A stretch of 64,000 nt of DNA. Source: Octopus vulgaris (lineage: Eukaryota). The position numbers were made by a program, and so were the translations under genes. How positions within the stretch are numbered: position 1 is the first letter of the stretch; every line of letters starts with the position of its first letter. Below the pieces are notes generated by a model, which was not told where the DNA came from, made no database searches, and saw nothing but the letters and a program-made list of their open reading frames with translations. Positions 12,688-25,239 of this stretch are shown piece after piece. The DNA lies in contig OX597824.1 of the NCBI GenBank assembly GCA_951406725.2, positions 31,806,001 through 31,870,000 on the forward strand. The letters are read 5' to 3'.

Positions 12688-13030
12688 AAAAATCCCAAAT
12701 TTTATTTAATTTGCTTTGCGGGAAGGACTGTTTCAACAAAGACACGTCTTGTCCTTACCTTCGAAACGTGAAGTAGATGAAACAGGGACAACTGAAGAAG
12801 GGGAATATTCCTTGTGTTGTATGTCTTGTGCTCTGTTCTTTCGTTGTTTGAAAAATAGTTAATTTCCATGTTTTTGTTTTTATGTTTTCGTTTCTCATTG
12901 TGTTCAATGTATTTTTGATGTCCTGTACCCATATATGCATGTATATATACATATAGATGTAGGTATGTACATGTATGTATGTATATATGCATATATTTAT
13001 ATATCATTTATATTTTAATATATACATATA
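12688..13030 (+). mobile_element. Non-autonomous element in (TA)n, probably Penelope-associated; second copy at 22092-22400
   Basis: Shared block gaaacgtgaagtagatgaaacagggacaactgaagaagggaatattc...tgttttcgtttctcattg occurs at both loci. Confidence 0.5.
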
Positions 13031-13239
13031 TATGTGAACCCTACACATTTTTTTCCTTCTCTATTTATTTCCTCTTATTCTTTTCAGTCAAAGAGCATAG
13101 GCTTGAAATGTAAAACTTTTCTATTTTCCCGAGAATCAAACTAATACACTTGCTCGTTGTTCCTACACCTGTCTTCATATTTTGTTTTTCTATAAATTTT
13201 CTATAAATTTGAACTATATATATGTGTCCATAGCTTACA

Positions 13240-14246
13240 TTGGGTACATCTTATAGAGTTTCTACCCATGCCTTTCCTACAGATCGAGCAGGGCCATCAA
13301 CCTGAAGGGAGTAGGAGAAATACAGTATGCTCTGATGGATGTGTAATGTCAGTGTGTATACTCGACAGAGTGTAAGTACCTTGAGAGAAAAGTTGGACCT
13401 AAAGAGCATCAGATGTGGTGTGCAAGAGAGATGGCTGTGCTGGTATGGTCATGTGGTGAGAATGGATTAGGATAGCTGTGTGAAAAAGTTCCACACTCTA
13501 GTGGTTGAGAGAACCTGTGGAAGAGGTAGACCCTGGAAGACCTAGGATGAGGTGGTGAAGCACGACCATCAAACATTAGGCCTCACCGAGGTAATGACTA
13601 CTGACCAAGACCTTTGGAAATATGCAGTGCATGAGAAGATCCGACAAGCCAAGTGAGACCATAATCCGTGGCCTATGCCAGGGATGTAACCAGCCCACTT
13701 ATGCATACCTTTCTTTCATTGGACACTAAACTCTGCTTGCAAAGACCTGTTGAGGCAAATGAAATCAAAATCAAATCAAATTCGCAAATTCGATGACTTG
13801 CACCCGTGCCAGTTGAACACTAACAGCACCATCCGAGTGTGATCACTGCCAGAGCAGCTAACTGACTTCTATGCTGGTGGCATGTAAAAAGCACCATTCA
13901 AACATGAGTGTTACCAGCATCGCCTTACTGGCACTTGTGCCGGTGACACAGGAAAAACATTCAAGCAATGTCATTGCCAGTGCTGCTGGACTGGCTCCTG
14001 TGCAGGTGGCACATAAAAAACACCACTTGAGCATGGCCGTTGCCAGTACCGCCTGACTGGCCCATGTGCCAGTGGCACGTAAGAGCACCTACTACACTCT
14101 CAGAGTGATTGGCATTAGGAAGGGCATCCAGCTGTAGAAACTCTGTCAGATCAGATTGGAGCCTGGTGCAGCCATCTGGTTCGCCAGTCCTCAGTCAAAT
14201 CGTCCAACCCATGCTAGCATGGAAAGCAGACGTTAAATGATGATGA

Positions 14247-14250
<4 letters not shown>
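13240..14250 (+). mobile_element. RTE LINE 3' fragment with hairpin-repeat 3' UTR and (GAT)n tail
   Basis: ORF2 end ...GRGRP..DEVVKHD; gtgccngtggcac repeats; ggcattaggaagggcatccagctgtag; cgttaaatgatgatg. Confidence 0.85.
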
Positions 14251-14298
<48 letters not shown>

Positions 14299-15714
14299 GA
14301 GTGGTTTACATGTAGAGTGGTTTACATCACATTAAAAAGGTTACATGCACTTTTATCATCATAAAATATTACTTGTAGAAATTTATTCATACAGTTATCT
14401 GAGTTGAATGAGTCATCATACCAGGCAGCATGTGAGTATTATAATTATTATTATCATACTTTTTCTGTATCTCCCTTAATCAATAAATATGTTATTTTTG
14501 GAGTTGAGATATCCAAGGACAGAATGCATCATTTGTGTTTAGCAGTTTTACATCAGATTTCCTGTCATGTTAAATATTAAATGTACCATTACATACTCTA
14601 CAGTCAAATCCAAAATAAACTCTTCCTTTGTTTAATACATGGCCATTCTTTGAAATATTCATCACGAAATATACCCTTATGTTTCAGCAATTTGTGGCTA
14701 AATAATTTAGTAGTAAGCAGAAAATACTGGTGCATCTGCAATTTACACATAGTAAAGTGTTTAACAGGTACATTAACATGTAGGTGCAACATAGTTACTA
14801 GTTGCATCAGTCACGCGAAAACATATACAACATGCAAACTGTATCAGTTCAGACTGTTAGCAACTTCCATGATGGAACAACATAGCTTTTAATTATCACA
14901 CTTATAGCAAAACAAAGAGTAATTAGAAAAAAACCTGTCTGATCAGAATCAACAGACTGTGAAGAGCTGGAGCAAGTGAAGCCAAGATTATATTTCTTCG
15001 ATAGTGTAATAAGTGTCCAGAAAGCTTATTTCAATAGGCTAAATGAAAATGAGAACAAGAAAAAGTCAGCTTGTCCATAAACTGTATTTATTTCCATTCA
15101 TACAAACTAAATTAAAGGATTAAGCTTTTCATGGAAAGCAAGTGTAGTGGAGACTCAAAACCTAACAATTCAAAACCTAACCACTAGATACACAGTCAGT
15201 CACCATGAATGAGCCACCACAGTTTAACATGATTGGTCTTTAAATTAACCTACTGGCATGAAGTTGTGGCATGATTTGGCTTTCTCAAATTTTCCAAACT
15301 TCAACTTCTTGTCCTTTATAAAAACAGTTTTGGTGCTTTGGCTTGGCACAGAGTGTTGAAGGCAGCTCACTAACTTGTGTGCTTCCACGCTTGCCTGGTA
15401 GACGGCCAACAGACTGCTGATGCTACAATCAATTTGAGATTTGCATAGATGGTTTTTGTATTTTTGTTGTCATACAGATAGCCTTCTATATTTTCAGGGC
15501 AATTTTTCTTTTTATCCCATTCGGCAATTACTAATATCATTCATTGTAAATAGCCAACACCAAATATTCTTATGTCCAGCAATAAATATCAAGTTAAATA
15601 TTTGTGAGTTTGCTTCAGTTATTATTCTCACAGCCAACACCAACATCCAGATGTTCACTACACAATGTTAAGAAAGTCATCCACTTTGCTAATGACAATG
15701 CATACTTCTGAAGT

Positions 15715-16283
15715 TTTGGGTTGTCTAGAAAATGTGTGCCGATTTATAGTAGCTTACATTTCGACTTATTTGAGAACATGGTTGAGTCCATAAAATAGAA
15801 TTTGACTCCACCTCCATTTAGAGCACAGTTTAAGCTATCTTTTTGTGGAAGAAGGTTTATGTTCCTATAACCTGTGTTAATTCTGTAACCCTTTAAAATG
15901 GAAGATAAGAAAGTTCATTTTCGGCACTTGATGCTTTGGAAACCAGACAAAAATTGCTGCAGCTTGGCTGGGATGTGTTACCCCACCCTCCATATTCACC
16001 AGATTTTGCTCCTTTGGATTTCCACTTATTCAGGTCTCTACAGAATAGTCTTAATGGTAAAAATTTCAATTCCTTGGATGACGTAAAAAGATACCTTGAT
16101 GAATTTTTTGCCATGAAACCACCTCAATTCTTGGAAGAGGGTATTTTCAAGTTAAAGGAAAGATGGAGACGCATTGGGCAACAAAATGGTTCATATTTAG
16201 TTGATTAAAAATGTAATGGCAAGTATTTATTGACCTTTTCCTTTCCTTTAAAAATCGGCACAAACTTTCCGGACAACCTAATA
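15715..16283 (+). mobile_element. Internally deleted mariner transposon
   Basis: TIRs gggttgtctagaaaatgtgtgccgattt / aaatcggcacaaactttccggacaacct; peptide LPHPPYSPDFAPLDFHLFRSLQN. Confidence 0.9.
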
Positions 16284-16867
16284 TTTCTTCATTGACCAGC
16301 TTAACTCAAGTGACAGGCAAAATCTCCAGACACAACCATGAAAGTGGAGAGGGACATCATAAAAAAAAGATATGCAGCAATATTAAAATTTAATACATAC
16401 ATATTATAAAGCAAAGAGAGCGAGTATTTGCAGTTCATGTCTTGCTAAAGTAGTCCTCTAATCTAATTTTTGGAAAGCAGGAGTAATATTGTAACATTGA
16501 AAATGTTATCACTCAGAAAGCAGGGAGGGTGTAATAGGCATCTTGTGATAAAAGGCATGAAGTGGACCGCAAGGTCAAACATTTCTGAAGAAATTCATGA
16601 AATTTCTGTCTTTATCACCAAACTGACGAGTTTTGATAGCATTTTAGATTTGGTGTGAAAAAGTGTCTAGCAGAAGAATGTTCTAGTTTTTCTTAGACCC
16701 ACACTAACAGAAGTTTGGATTTCTTAATATTACAAGAAGCTTTCAATTTACTTTATTTGATGGCATAATAGATGTACAAACATATTAGACACATCTCAAT
16801 TTTCAGTAGCATATACTCAAGAAAATATTTTTAGCGTATTAAAATATATAATATTTAAAGCAACTTC

Positions 16868-17062
16868 AAGGTGGCAAGCTGTAAGAATCATTAGCAGCAT
16901 TTTGGTTGTCCTTGTGTCCTGAGTTCAAATTCCAGAAAAGTTAACTTTGCTTTTCATCCTTTCAGGGTTGATAAAATGATTACCAGTTGAACACTGGGAT
17001 CGATGTAATTGACTTATCCCTTCCCCTGAAGTTACTGGCCTTGTGCCAAAATTTGAAACCAA
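16868..17062 (+). mobile_element. SINE family B (diverged)
   Basis: gagttcaaattcc...ctttgcttttcatcctttcagggttgataaaatga. Confidence 0.7.
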
Positions 17063-17286
17063 TATTTAAATCGACTTCACACGGAGGACCCAGGGTGAAT
17101 TTTTCAGACATGTTTTGGAAAAAGCAGAAGTGCATCAGCTAAGGTATATTTTTGATTTATAGTGAGAGGCTGCCGTTGTCTTTCATTGACACATCTCATC
17201 AAAACATAGAAGCCATAAACTAGTCAACCACCAAAACAGAAATCAGCATGCTATGTTCAGTTCCAGAGTTGTCAATGCAATGTAAA

Positions 17287-17357
<71 letters not shown>

Positions 17358-17521
17358 CTTGTAGTTAAACAGAGTTATCAGTAATATTAGTAAAATAATG
17401 TAATTTATCTTTTAAAGAAAAAAAGCTTCAAATATTGAGTATTAGGGTGTTCCTACAACATTAATGTAAGAAAGAGAACCAGGTCATCAAATGATATGTT
17501 CAGTATATATCAAATGTTTAG

Positions 17522-17589
<68 letters not shown>

Positions 17590-17774
17590 ATCTAATGCTC
17601 TCTGTCTAGCTTTCTGTGTGAATGAATGCAAGCACATAGAATGCTTTTATAAGAGAAACAGCCTTGACTTTCAGTACAAAACAAAAGCAACATAAAGGCT
17701 GCTGCTTTCGTTTTTGTTGTGGTGGAATCCAAACACCCCCATGAATGGATAAATGAACAGTTCCGAAATGTATA

Positions 17775-18510
17775 AATCTGGTATGGTCATGTGGCGAGAA
17801 TGGATGAAGATAGGTGTGTGAGAAAGTGCCAATCCCTAGCAGTTGAGGGAACCCGTGGAAGAGGTAGACCCAGGAAAACCAGGGACGAGGTGGTGAAGCA
17901 CGACCTTCGAACTTTAGGCCTCACTGAGGAAATGACCAGCGACCGAGACCTTTGGAAATATGCTGTACGTGAGAAGACCAGGCAGGACAAGTGAGCCCAG
18001 CCCACTTATGCATGCCTTCCCTCCCTTGGACACAAAGACCTGTTGAGGCAAGCAAAGTCGATATAGAACCTCATCCGACGACAGGCACCCATGCCAACCC
18101 CCTTTGCTTGCAAAGACATGTTGGGGCAAGCGAAATCGAATCAAATCAAATCGAAATCGAATTGAACCAGCCAGGATCCCTGGTCTGGTGGTACGTAAAA
18201 AGCACTATCCGACTCGTGGCCGATGCCAGCGCCGCCTCGACTGGCTTCCGTGCCGGTGGCACGTAAAATACACCAATCCGACCGTGGCCGTTGCCAGCCT
18301 TGCCTGGCACCTGTGCAGGTGGCATGTAAAAAGCACCCACTACACTCACGGAGTGGTTGGCGTTAGGAAGGGCATCCAGCTGTAGAAACATTGCCAGATA
18401 AGACTGGAACCTGGTGCAGCCTTCTGGCTTCCCAGATCCCCGGTCGAACCGTCCAACCCATGCTAGCATGGAGAACGGACGTTAAACGATGATGATGATG
18501 ATGATGATGC
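17775..18510 (+). mobile_element. RTE LINE 3' end with hairpin-repeat 3' UTR
   Basis: Peptide GHVARMDEDRCVRKC...LWKYAVREKTRQDK*, followed by repeats and a (GAT)n tail. Confidence 0.9.
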
Positions 18511-18532
18511 ATGCAAGCTGGTAGATCAGTGT

Positions 18533-18769
18533 AGGGCGGTGAGCTGGCAGAATCGTTAGCATGCCGGACGAAATGCTTAGCGGTATTTCGTCTGTCGCTA
18601 CATTCTAAGTTCAAAATCTGCCGAGGTCGACTTTGCCTTTCATCCCTTCGGGGTCAAAAAATTAAGTACCAATTACGCACTGAGGTCGATGTAATCGACT
18701 TAATACCTATGTCTGTCCTTGTTTGTCCCCTCTATGTTTAGCCCCTTGTGGGTAATAAAGAAACAGATA
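18533..18769 (+). mobile_element. SINE family B, full length with TSD
   Basis: Flanked by the direct repeat gtagatcagtgt (18521-18532 and 18770-18781). Confidence 0.85.
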
Positions 18770-18949
18770 GTAGATCAGTGTCATATGCGCCAAACTTTGT
18801 TGCTGTTAAATCATTTGTGATTCCTGTTACCGATAAGTTTTGTTATCTTTTGTTGAAAGTTCCCTCTTGCGAGTGTGCCTATGATTGAAGTTGTTGAATT
18901 TTGTTGAATACTATTGCCATTTTGCCTGTGAGCCGGTGTTTTTGTTTGT

Positions 18950-19990
18950 TTTATTTCTCCCATTTTAGGGTTAAGAGACTCGGAAAAAAAACCAACAAAT
19001 TGCGAACCAGTTGAAGCCCATGCCAAGAGCTATGCTTTGGCAACTTGAAAATGTACCACCACAACGGATTCGCTGGTGGTGCAAGAAGTCAGAATTGAAC
19101 CAGAGAAGTTGGAAGAGTACAACGAGCTGATCCAGAAGGATGGGTCAAGTTTAAGGTTGACCCCACCCCCACCAGAGAAAGTAACCAACAAAACAAAAAG
19201 GAGGACAGTGGTTTGCAGAATGCTGTCCACAACCAGTAAGAAGATCGAGATAGCAACAGAGGAGGCTATAGAGAAATGTCTGGAAGAAGTAGAGAGTGTT
19301 GCAACATTCTACACTAGAGGTGGAAGATATGGCACAGTGGGGGTGAGGTTTGCCACCGAACAAGACGCAATAAATCACTCCACTGCGATGCTGAGGTCGA
19401 AAGAATGGGTACTCCTGCTGACCTACTGCAGTAAAAGAGTTGCAAGAATTAGCATAGGCAGGGTACCACCGGAAATTGAAGAAGTGTGGCTGGTGGCAGT
19501 TTCGATGCATGGAACCCTCAAAGGTGCAAAGATATTAAAGGTGGTAAGAACAAAGAAAATGAATTGTTGGGGTTATGGCCTGGAAGTAGTCATCCGAGTC
19601 ACCTAGCAAGACCTGAACAAAATAGCAGAAGAGGTGTTGCTGCCTGAGGACATAAGGCTGAGAGTGGTGGTAGAAGGGAGACCTCCAACATGCTATCACT
19701 GCAGAGAAAAGGAGCACATCAAAATAAAGTGCCCCCAGGTAAACAATGAAATCGGAGAAAACCAGCATGAACAGAGTGCCAAAATGTCAAGCCCAGCCCA
19801 GGAGAAGTGTATGGAAGACACAGAAAAAGAGGAGTTTACAGAAGTACCCAGAAAAAAAATAAAGGAAATAGTAAATACACCCCTGAAAAGCCCAAAAAAG
19901 AAAAGGAAGAATAGTAAAAGAGAAGCCATAGTACAGCAAACACACAATACGCAAGACACACTCATACACCATATATCGACACCAGTAACA
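18950..19990 (+). pseudogene. Tx1/L1-type LINE ORF1 (gag-like, CCHC knuckle) with two in-frame stops
   Basis: One frame: KSYALAT*, then ORF 19076-19606, stop, then ORF 19634 with VVVEGRPPTCYHCREKEHIKIKCP and a Lys-rich tail; no ORF2 follows. Confidence 0.75.
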
Positions 19991-19994
19991 TCAA

Positions 19995-20225
19995 CATCAT
20001 CATCATCATCATCATCATCATCATTTAGCGTCTGTTTTCCATGCTAGCATGGGTTGGACGGTTCAACTGGGGTCTGTGAAGCCGGAAGGCTGCATCAGGC
20101 CCAGTCAGATCTGGCAGTGTTTCTACGGCTGGATGCCCTTCCTAACGCCAACCACTCCGTGAGTGTAATGGGTGCTTTTTACGTGCCACCCGCACAGGTG
20201 CCAGACGGAGCTGGCAAACGGCCAA
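19995..20225 (-). mobile_element. RTE 3' UTR/tail fragment
   Basis: (CAT)n followed by ttagcgtctgttttccatgctagcatgggttggacgg...ggatgcccttcctaacgcc. Confidence 0.85.
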
Positions 20226-20862
20226 ATTGCAAAGACCTGTCAGGCCAACTGAAATCATAGTTGTGACCATTATTGGTGTGACGTAACTGGCATCCATGCC
20301 AGTGATGAGTAAAAAGTGCCTTTCAAGTGTTTATCCTCATGGAGGTAATATGGGCAATGCTGGTGTCGTGAAACTAGCAACCATGCTGGTGGGACATAAA
20401 ACGCACCTTTCAAGTCCTGGGCCTCATGGAAGCAATGACAAATGACCGAGACCTTAGGCAATACGTGATGACAATGGGCTATATTATATAAGTTTAATAT
20501 TCATTTTATATGCATTAGAAAGATATCAAGTACATTGTTGTTACAGCTGCAATATCTTTTTGTTTATTCCTTTTACAATGAGTTATTGAAACAGAAATGA
20601 TATTTTAAGAAGTAAAAAAAAAACATGTTGATCTTCTAAATAATGTAAATATTGTGTTTGAAATAATATATTTATGCAGAATTACAATGATTAAAACATA
20701 TATATAATATGAAAATATATGAAAATATATTTCATATTATATTCATATTGTATATTTCATATTATATATTTAAATATATAATATATATAATATATATAAT
20801 ATATATAATATATATAATATGAAATATATAATATTTCATATTATATATTTCATATTATATTT

Positions 20863-21062
20863 CATGGCTATATGAAAATATAGCCACGAAACACGTGTAG
20901 TCCTTTTTACCAATTATATACTTTTTATTTATCATTTTGTACTTTACTTAATTATTGGTATATGTTTTTATCATATATTTAATTTTTTTCTATATGGTAT
21001 AATTTGACTATATCATTGTTATTTCATTGTTGAATTGATAAAACATAGTTCTTCTCCAATTT
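20863..21062 (+). mobile_element. Penelope-type fragment carrying the 3' half of a hammerhead
   Basis: tggctatat-gaaa-atatagcca-C-GAAA-CACGTG-TA-gtcc (20865-20903); CUGANGA is absent, with AT-rich satellite in its place. Confidence 0.5.
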
Positions 21063-21068
21063 ATATAC

Positions 21069-21115
<47 letters not shown>

Positions 21116-21339
21116 TTCCACTCAGTTTTCTTTTCTTTTTGCTATGACCTGGGCCACTGCTCTTTCATGCTTTCCTCTCAACCTCATTCTCTCTAGCTTC
21201 ATCTAAGTCCATAGCTCTTTATTCTGGGTTCCACTTTTCATTCCGGAAATCTTCTTGAAGCAACTCAACTCAAGCACATCCTACATAATTTGTTAAAAAT
21301 CTGCAAGTGCTTCTTAAAAGTTAAAGGATAATGAATAAA

Positions 21340-21760
21340 GCGTAGGAGTGGCTGTGTGGTAAGTAGTTTGCTTACGAATCACATGGTTCCGGGTTCAGTC
21401 CCACTGCGTGACACCTTGGGCAAATGTCTTCTACTATAGCCTCGGGCCGACCAAAGCCTTGTGAGTGGATTTGGTAGACGGAAACTGAAAGAAGCCCGTC
21501 GTATATTTGAATATATATATGTGTATGTGTGTGTGTATATGTTTGTGTGTCTGTGTTTGTCCCTTCAACATCGCTTGACAACCAATGCTGGTGTGTTTAC
21601 GTCTCCGTAACTTAGCGGTTCGGCAAAAGAGACCGATAGAATAAGTACTAGGCTTACAAAGAATGAGTCCTGGGGTCGATTTCCTCGACTAAAGGTGGTG
21701 CTCCAGCATGGCCACAGTCAAATGACTGAAACAAGTAAAAGAGTAAAGAGTAGAGTAAAG
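21340..21760 (+). mobile_element. SINE family A
   Basis: Full-length match to the family A pattern. Confidence 0.9.
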
Positions 21761-22032
21761 CAAGATGTTTTCCTTCACAACCATGTTATCAAGCAGGAGG
21801 CCAGTCAAAATTAACTCTAAATTAAGAAAAGAAAAAGAAAAAAAAAGCATACATATGTATTGTCTCTCTTTCTCTCTCTCTCTCTCTTTCACACACACAC
21901 ACAAGATGGCTCAGATAAAAATTACATTCCTCCCTTTATCTATTGATAAGCACATCTGTGTTAGTGTGAGAGTTTGCATATATATGTACATCACATCTCT
22001 CCATTTCTGGAATAGCTTTGTATGTGTATGTG

Positions 22033-22098
<66 letters not shown>

Positions 22099-22785
22099 GT
22101 GGAGTAGATGAAACAGGGACAACTGATGAAGGGGAGTATTCTTTCTGTTGCATTTCTCATTTCTCTGTTTGTTTTTTTCGTTGTTCTAAAACAAGTTCGT
22201 TTTCTATGTTTTTGTTTTTATGTTTTCGTTTCTCATTGCATTCTACGTTTTTTATGTCCTGTATCCATATATGCATGTATATATATATACATGCATATGT
22301 AGGTATGTACATATATGTATGTATATCTGTATATGTTTATACATTATTTATATCATATCATACATATATATATATATATATATCCAAAATATATTGTATT
22401 ATATGAGGAGCTTACTTTCAAAACCAGTATAAGTGCATATTTAGTCAATTTCCTGATAACCATTTAAACACAATCTACAAGTTGCTAGCTTCATGCACAT
22501 AAATTTTTTTTTTCAGTCAAACTGGGATAGATGTCATATAGACAGAAGGCAAATCTTAGTCCTCCAATCAAAATCAAATATATTCAAGTTGTTTTTTTCC
22601 TCAGTTACTCAAAAGTCATCTCAATGCATACATCTGGTTTTGAAAGTAAGTTCTTCATGTATCCATCACTGCTGATCTTACTAGTCGGTTTCACATAAGG
22701 ATACTAACGGAGTGTTAGGTAACACTCCGATTATATAACCTTATGCTCATCAGAGTTAGCCAATATGGAAGGGAATATATGCAGG

Positions 22786-22839
<54 letters not shown>

Positions 22840-23704
22840 TAATAGAGAGAGAGAGAGAGAGAGATAGGTAGGTAGGTAGGTAGGTAGGCAGGCAGGCAGG
22901 CAGGTGCAGGCATAGTTGTGTGGTTAAGAAGATTTCATAACCATGTGACCCAGGGGTCAGTCCCATTGTGCAGCAACTTGGACAAGTGTCTTCTACTATA
23001 GTTCCAAGCAGACTAAAGCCTTGTGAGTAGATTTCACAGACAAAAACTGAAAGAAGCCTGTCATATGAGTGTGCGTACTCATACCATTGTGTAGACATCA
23101 TGTAGTGGTTGTAAATGAGCATCACCATCATACAAACAAGGTGCCATTCAAGAATTTGGACCTGGAGATCTCCATTTCCAGCGACTTCGAGGGCCACCTC
23201 CCAGTGGTGTTGGGTGTCAACGAAAAACCCTCGACTACAACAAGACGACAAAATTTTTTTTTTTCCAAGGTCTGGGGTCTCCTGCCCCTAAGCCCTAGAC
23301 CATCACCTAATCACCCTTACCCGTCTTGTTACTTAACAACAACAACAACTACAAACGAGGTTATTTGCTTCTAGTCTTCAGAGGAAAACAAGTTTGATCA
23401 TATTACTTTACTTTGGAATATGTGAAGGCTGGAAATATAAAACCTGCCTCTACAAATTCCATCTGACCTATGCAAGCATGGAAAAGTGGTTGTTAAATGA
23501 TGATCACACACACACACATGTACACATAGAATCACCAATGCCTCTGGTTAGTATGTATTAAATTTGGAACAATTATTTAGGTCTTAGAATGTTGAATAGA
23601 ATTCTTTTTATCCATGAATCTGTAATCTATGTGGGAGAAGTATCTCTGAGTCCAAGGGTATATATACATGTAACAGAATATACTACCAAAATTTTCAGTT
23701 AAAA

Positions 23705-23940
23705 TCTATTTCTTTACTACCCACAAGGGGCTAAACACAGAGATGACAAACAAGGCCAGACAAACTGATTAAGCCGATTATATCGACCCCAGTGCATAAC
23801 TGGTACTTATTTAATCGACCCCGAAAGGATGAAAGGCAAAGTTGACCTCGGCAGAATTTGAACTCAGAATGTAGCGGCAGACAAAATACTGCTAAGCATT
23901 TCACCCAGCGTGCTAATGTTTCTGCCAGCTTACTACCTTA
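23705..23940 (-). mobile_element. SINE family B with ~20-bp TSD
   Basis: attttcagttaaaatctatt at 23691-23710 and 23940-23959. Confidence 0.9.
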
Positions 23941-24720
23941 TTTTCAGTTAAAATCTATTAAGTTAACATCTTTATTCTTATAAAATAGTCAAAGAAGAGT
24001 GAGTGTCCATGATAATTACAGGCCTGCAAAAAACTGATAAGGTTGTTGGGTTTCATTTTCAGCTTCTTGATAATGTCTGTAGAGAAAAGGGCTAGCAGTG
24101 AGTTATAGTATGGGGTTGGTGGATATCTAAGTAATGAGACACAGTAAGGACAATGAAAGCAGGGAGAGCTAGATGGTTGAGAGTAGAGGTAGTGTAACAA
24201 TAACTCAGAAAAACAGTTCTGTCTAGCAGTAGCAATAGAAGAGGCAAAGAGGAGACACAGTATGTATGTAAATCATTCAAGAACACAAACCCTTTCCACT
24301 TTGGGATATTCCTTGTCTGGGAGAAGGGTGGGGGAGTAAATCACATGACAAGTATGCAGAATATCAGAAGAATGACATTAATATAAAATGTACTAAAACT
24401 ATTTTTGTGTTGACACTTTAGAGATTTAGGTTGTCGATAAAATAAAAGGACAAAGGCTTCTATACATTATTAATTATTCTGACATTTGGTGATTTTAAAA
24501 AGCTTCTTGATATTCAGATGATTATATTTTTGTTCTAATGTTCTTGTTATATTGTCAGTTCACTTTTGTTCTTTATTTTCCTTCTGTGGTCAATTTTCCA
24601 TCAATTTTCAGTTAGCAGCCTGGAAATAAAATACATATTGTTCTTCACCTATCTATCAGGCTGTGTAAAAAGTAAGCAACATTTTGAAACATGAAATTCA
24701 TCACAATATATTTCAACAAT

Positions 24721-25150
24721 AGGCGTAGGCGTGGCTGTGTGGTAAGAAGCTTGTTTACGAACTACATGGTTCTGGGTTCAGTCCCATTGCGTGGCACCTT
24801 GGGCAAGTGTCTTCTACTATAGCCTCGGGCCAACCAAAGCCTTGTGAGTGGATTTGTTGGATGAAAACTGAAAGAAGCCCATCGTATATATGTGTATATA
24901 TATATGTGTGTGTATGAGTATGTGTACATGTTTGTGCGTCTGTGTTTGTCCCCCCCCCCCCCCAACATCGCTTGACAACCGATGCTGGTGTGTTTACGTT
25001 CCCGTAACTTAGAAGTTCAGCAACAGAGACCGATAGAATAAGTACTAGGCTTACGAAGAATAAGTCCTGGAGTCGATTTGCTTGACTAAAAAGTGGTGCT
25101 CCAGCATGGTCACAGTCAAATGACTGAAACAAGTAAAAGAGTAAAGAGTA
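24721..25150 (+). mobile_element. SINE family A inserted in a probable mariner end fragment
   Basis: Full family A pattern; flanks 24654-24720 and 25150-25240 resemble a mariner terminus. Confidence 0.85.
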
Positions 25151-25239
25151 ATGCGGAAATTTTATTCATCAAAGTAAACACCATTACAATCAACACATTT
25201 TTGCCAATGAGTTACAAGTTTGTTTTTTCTGGTAACATA

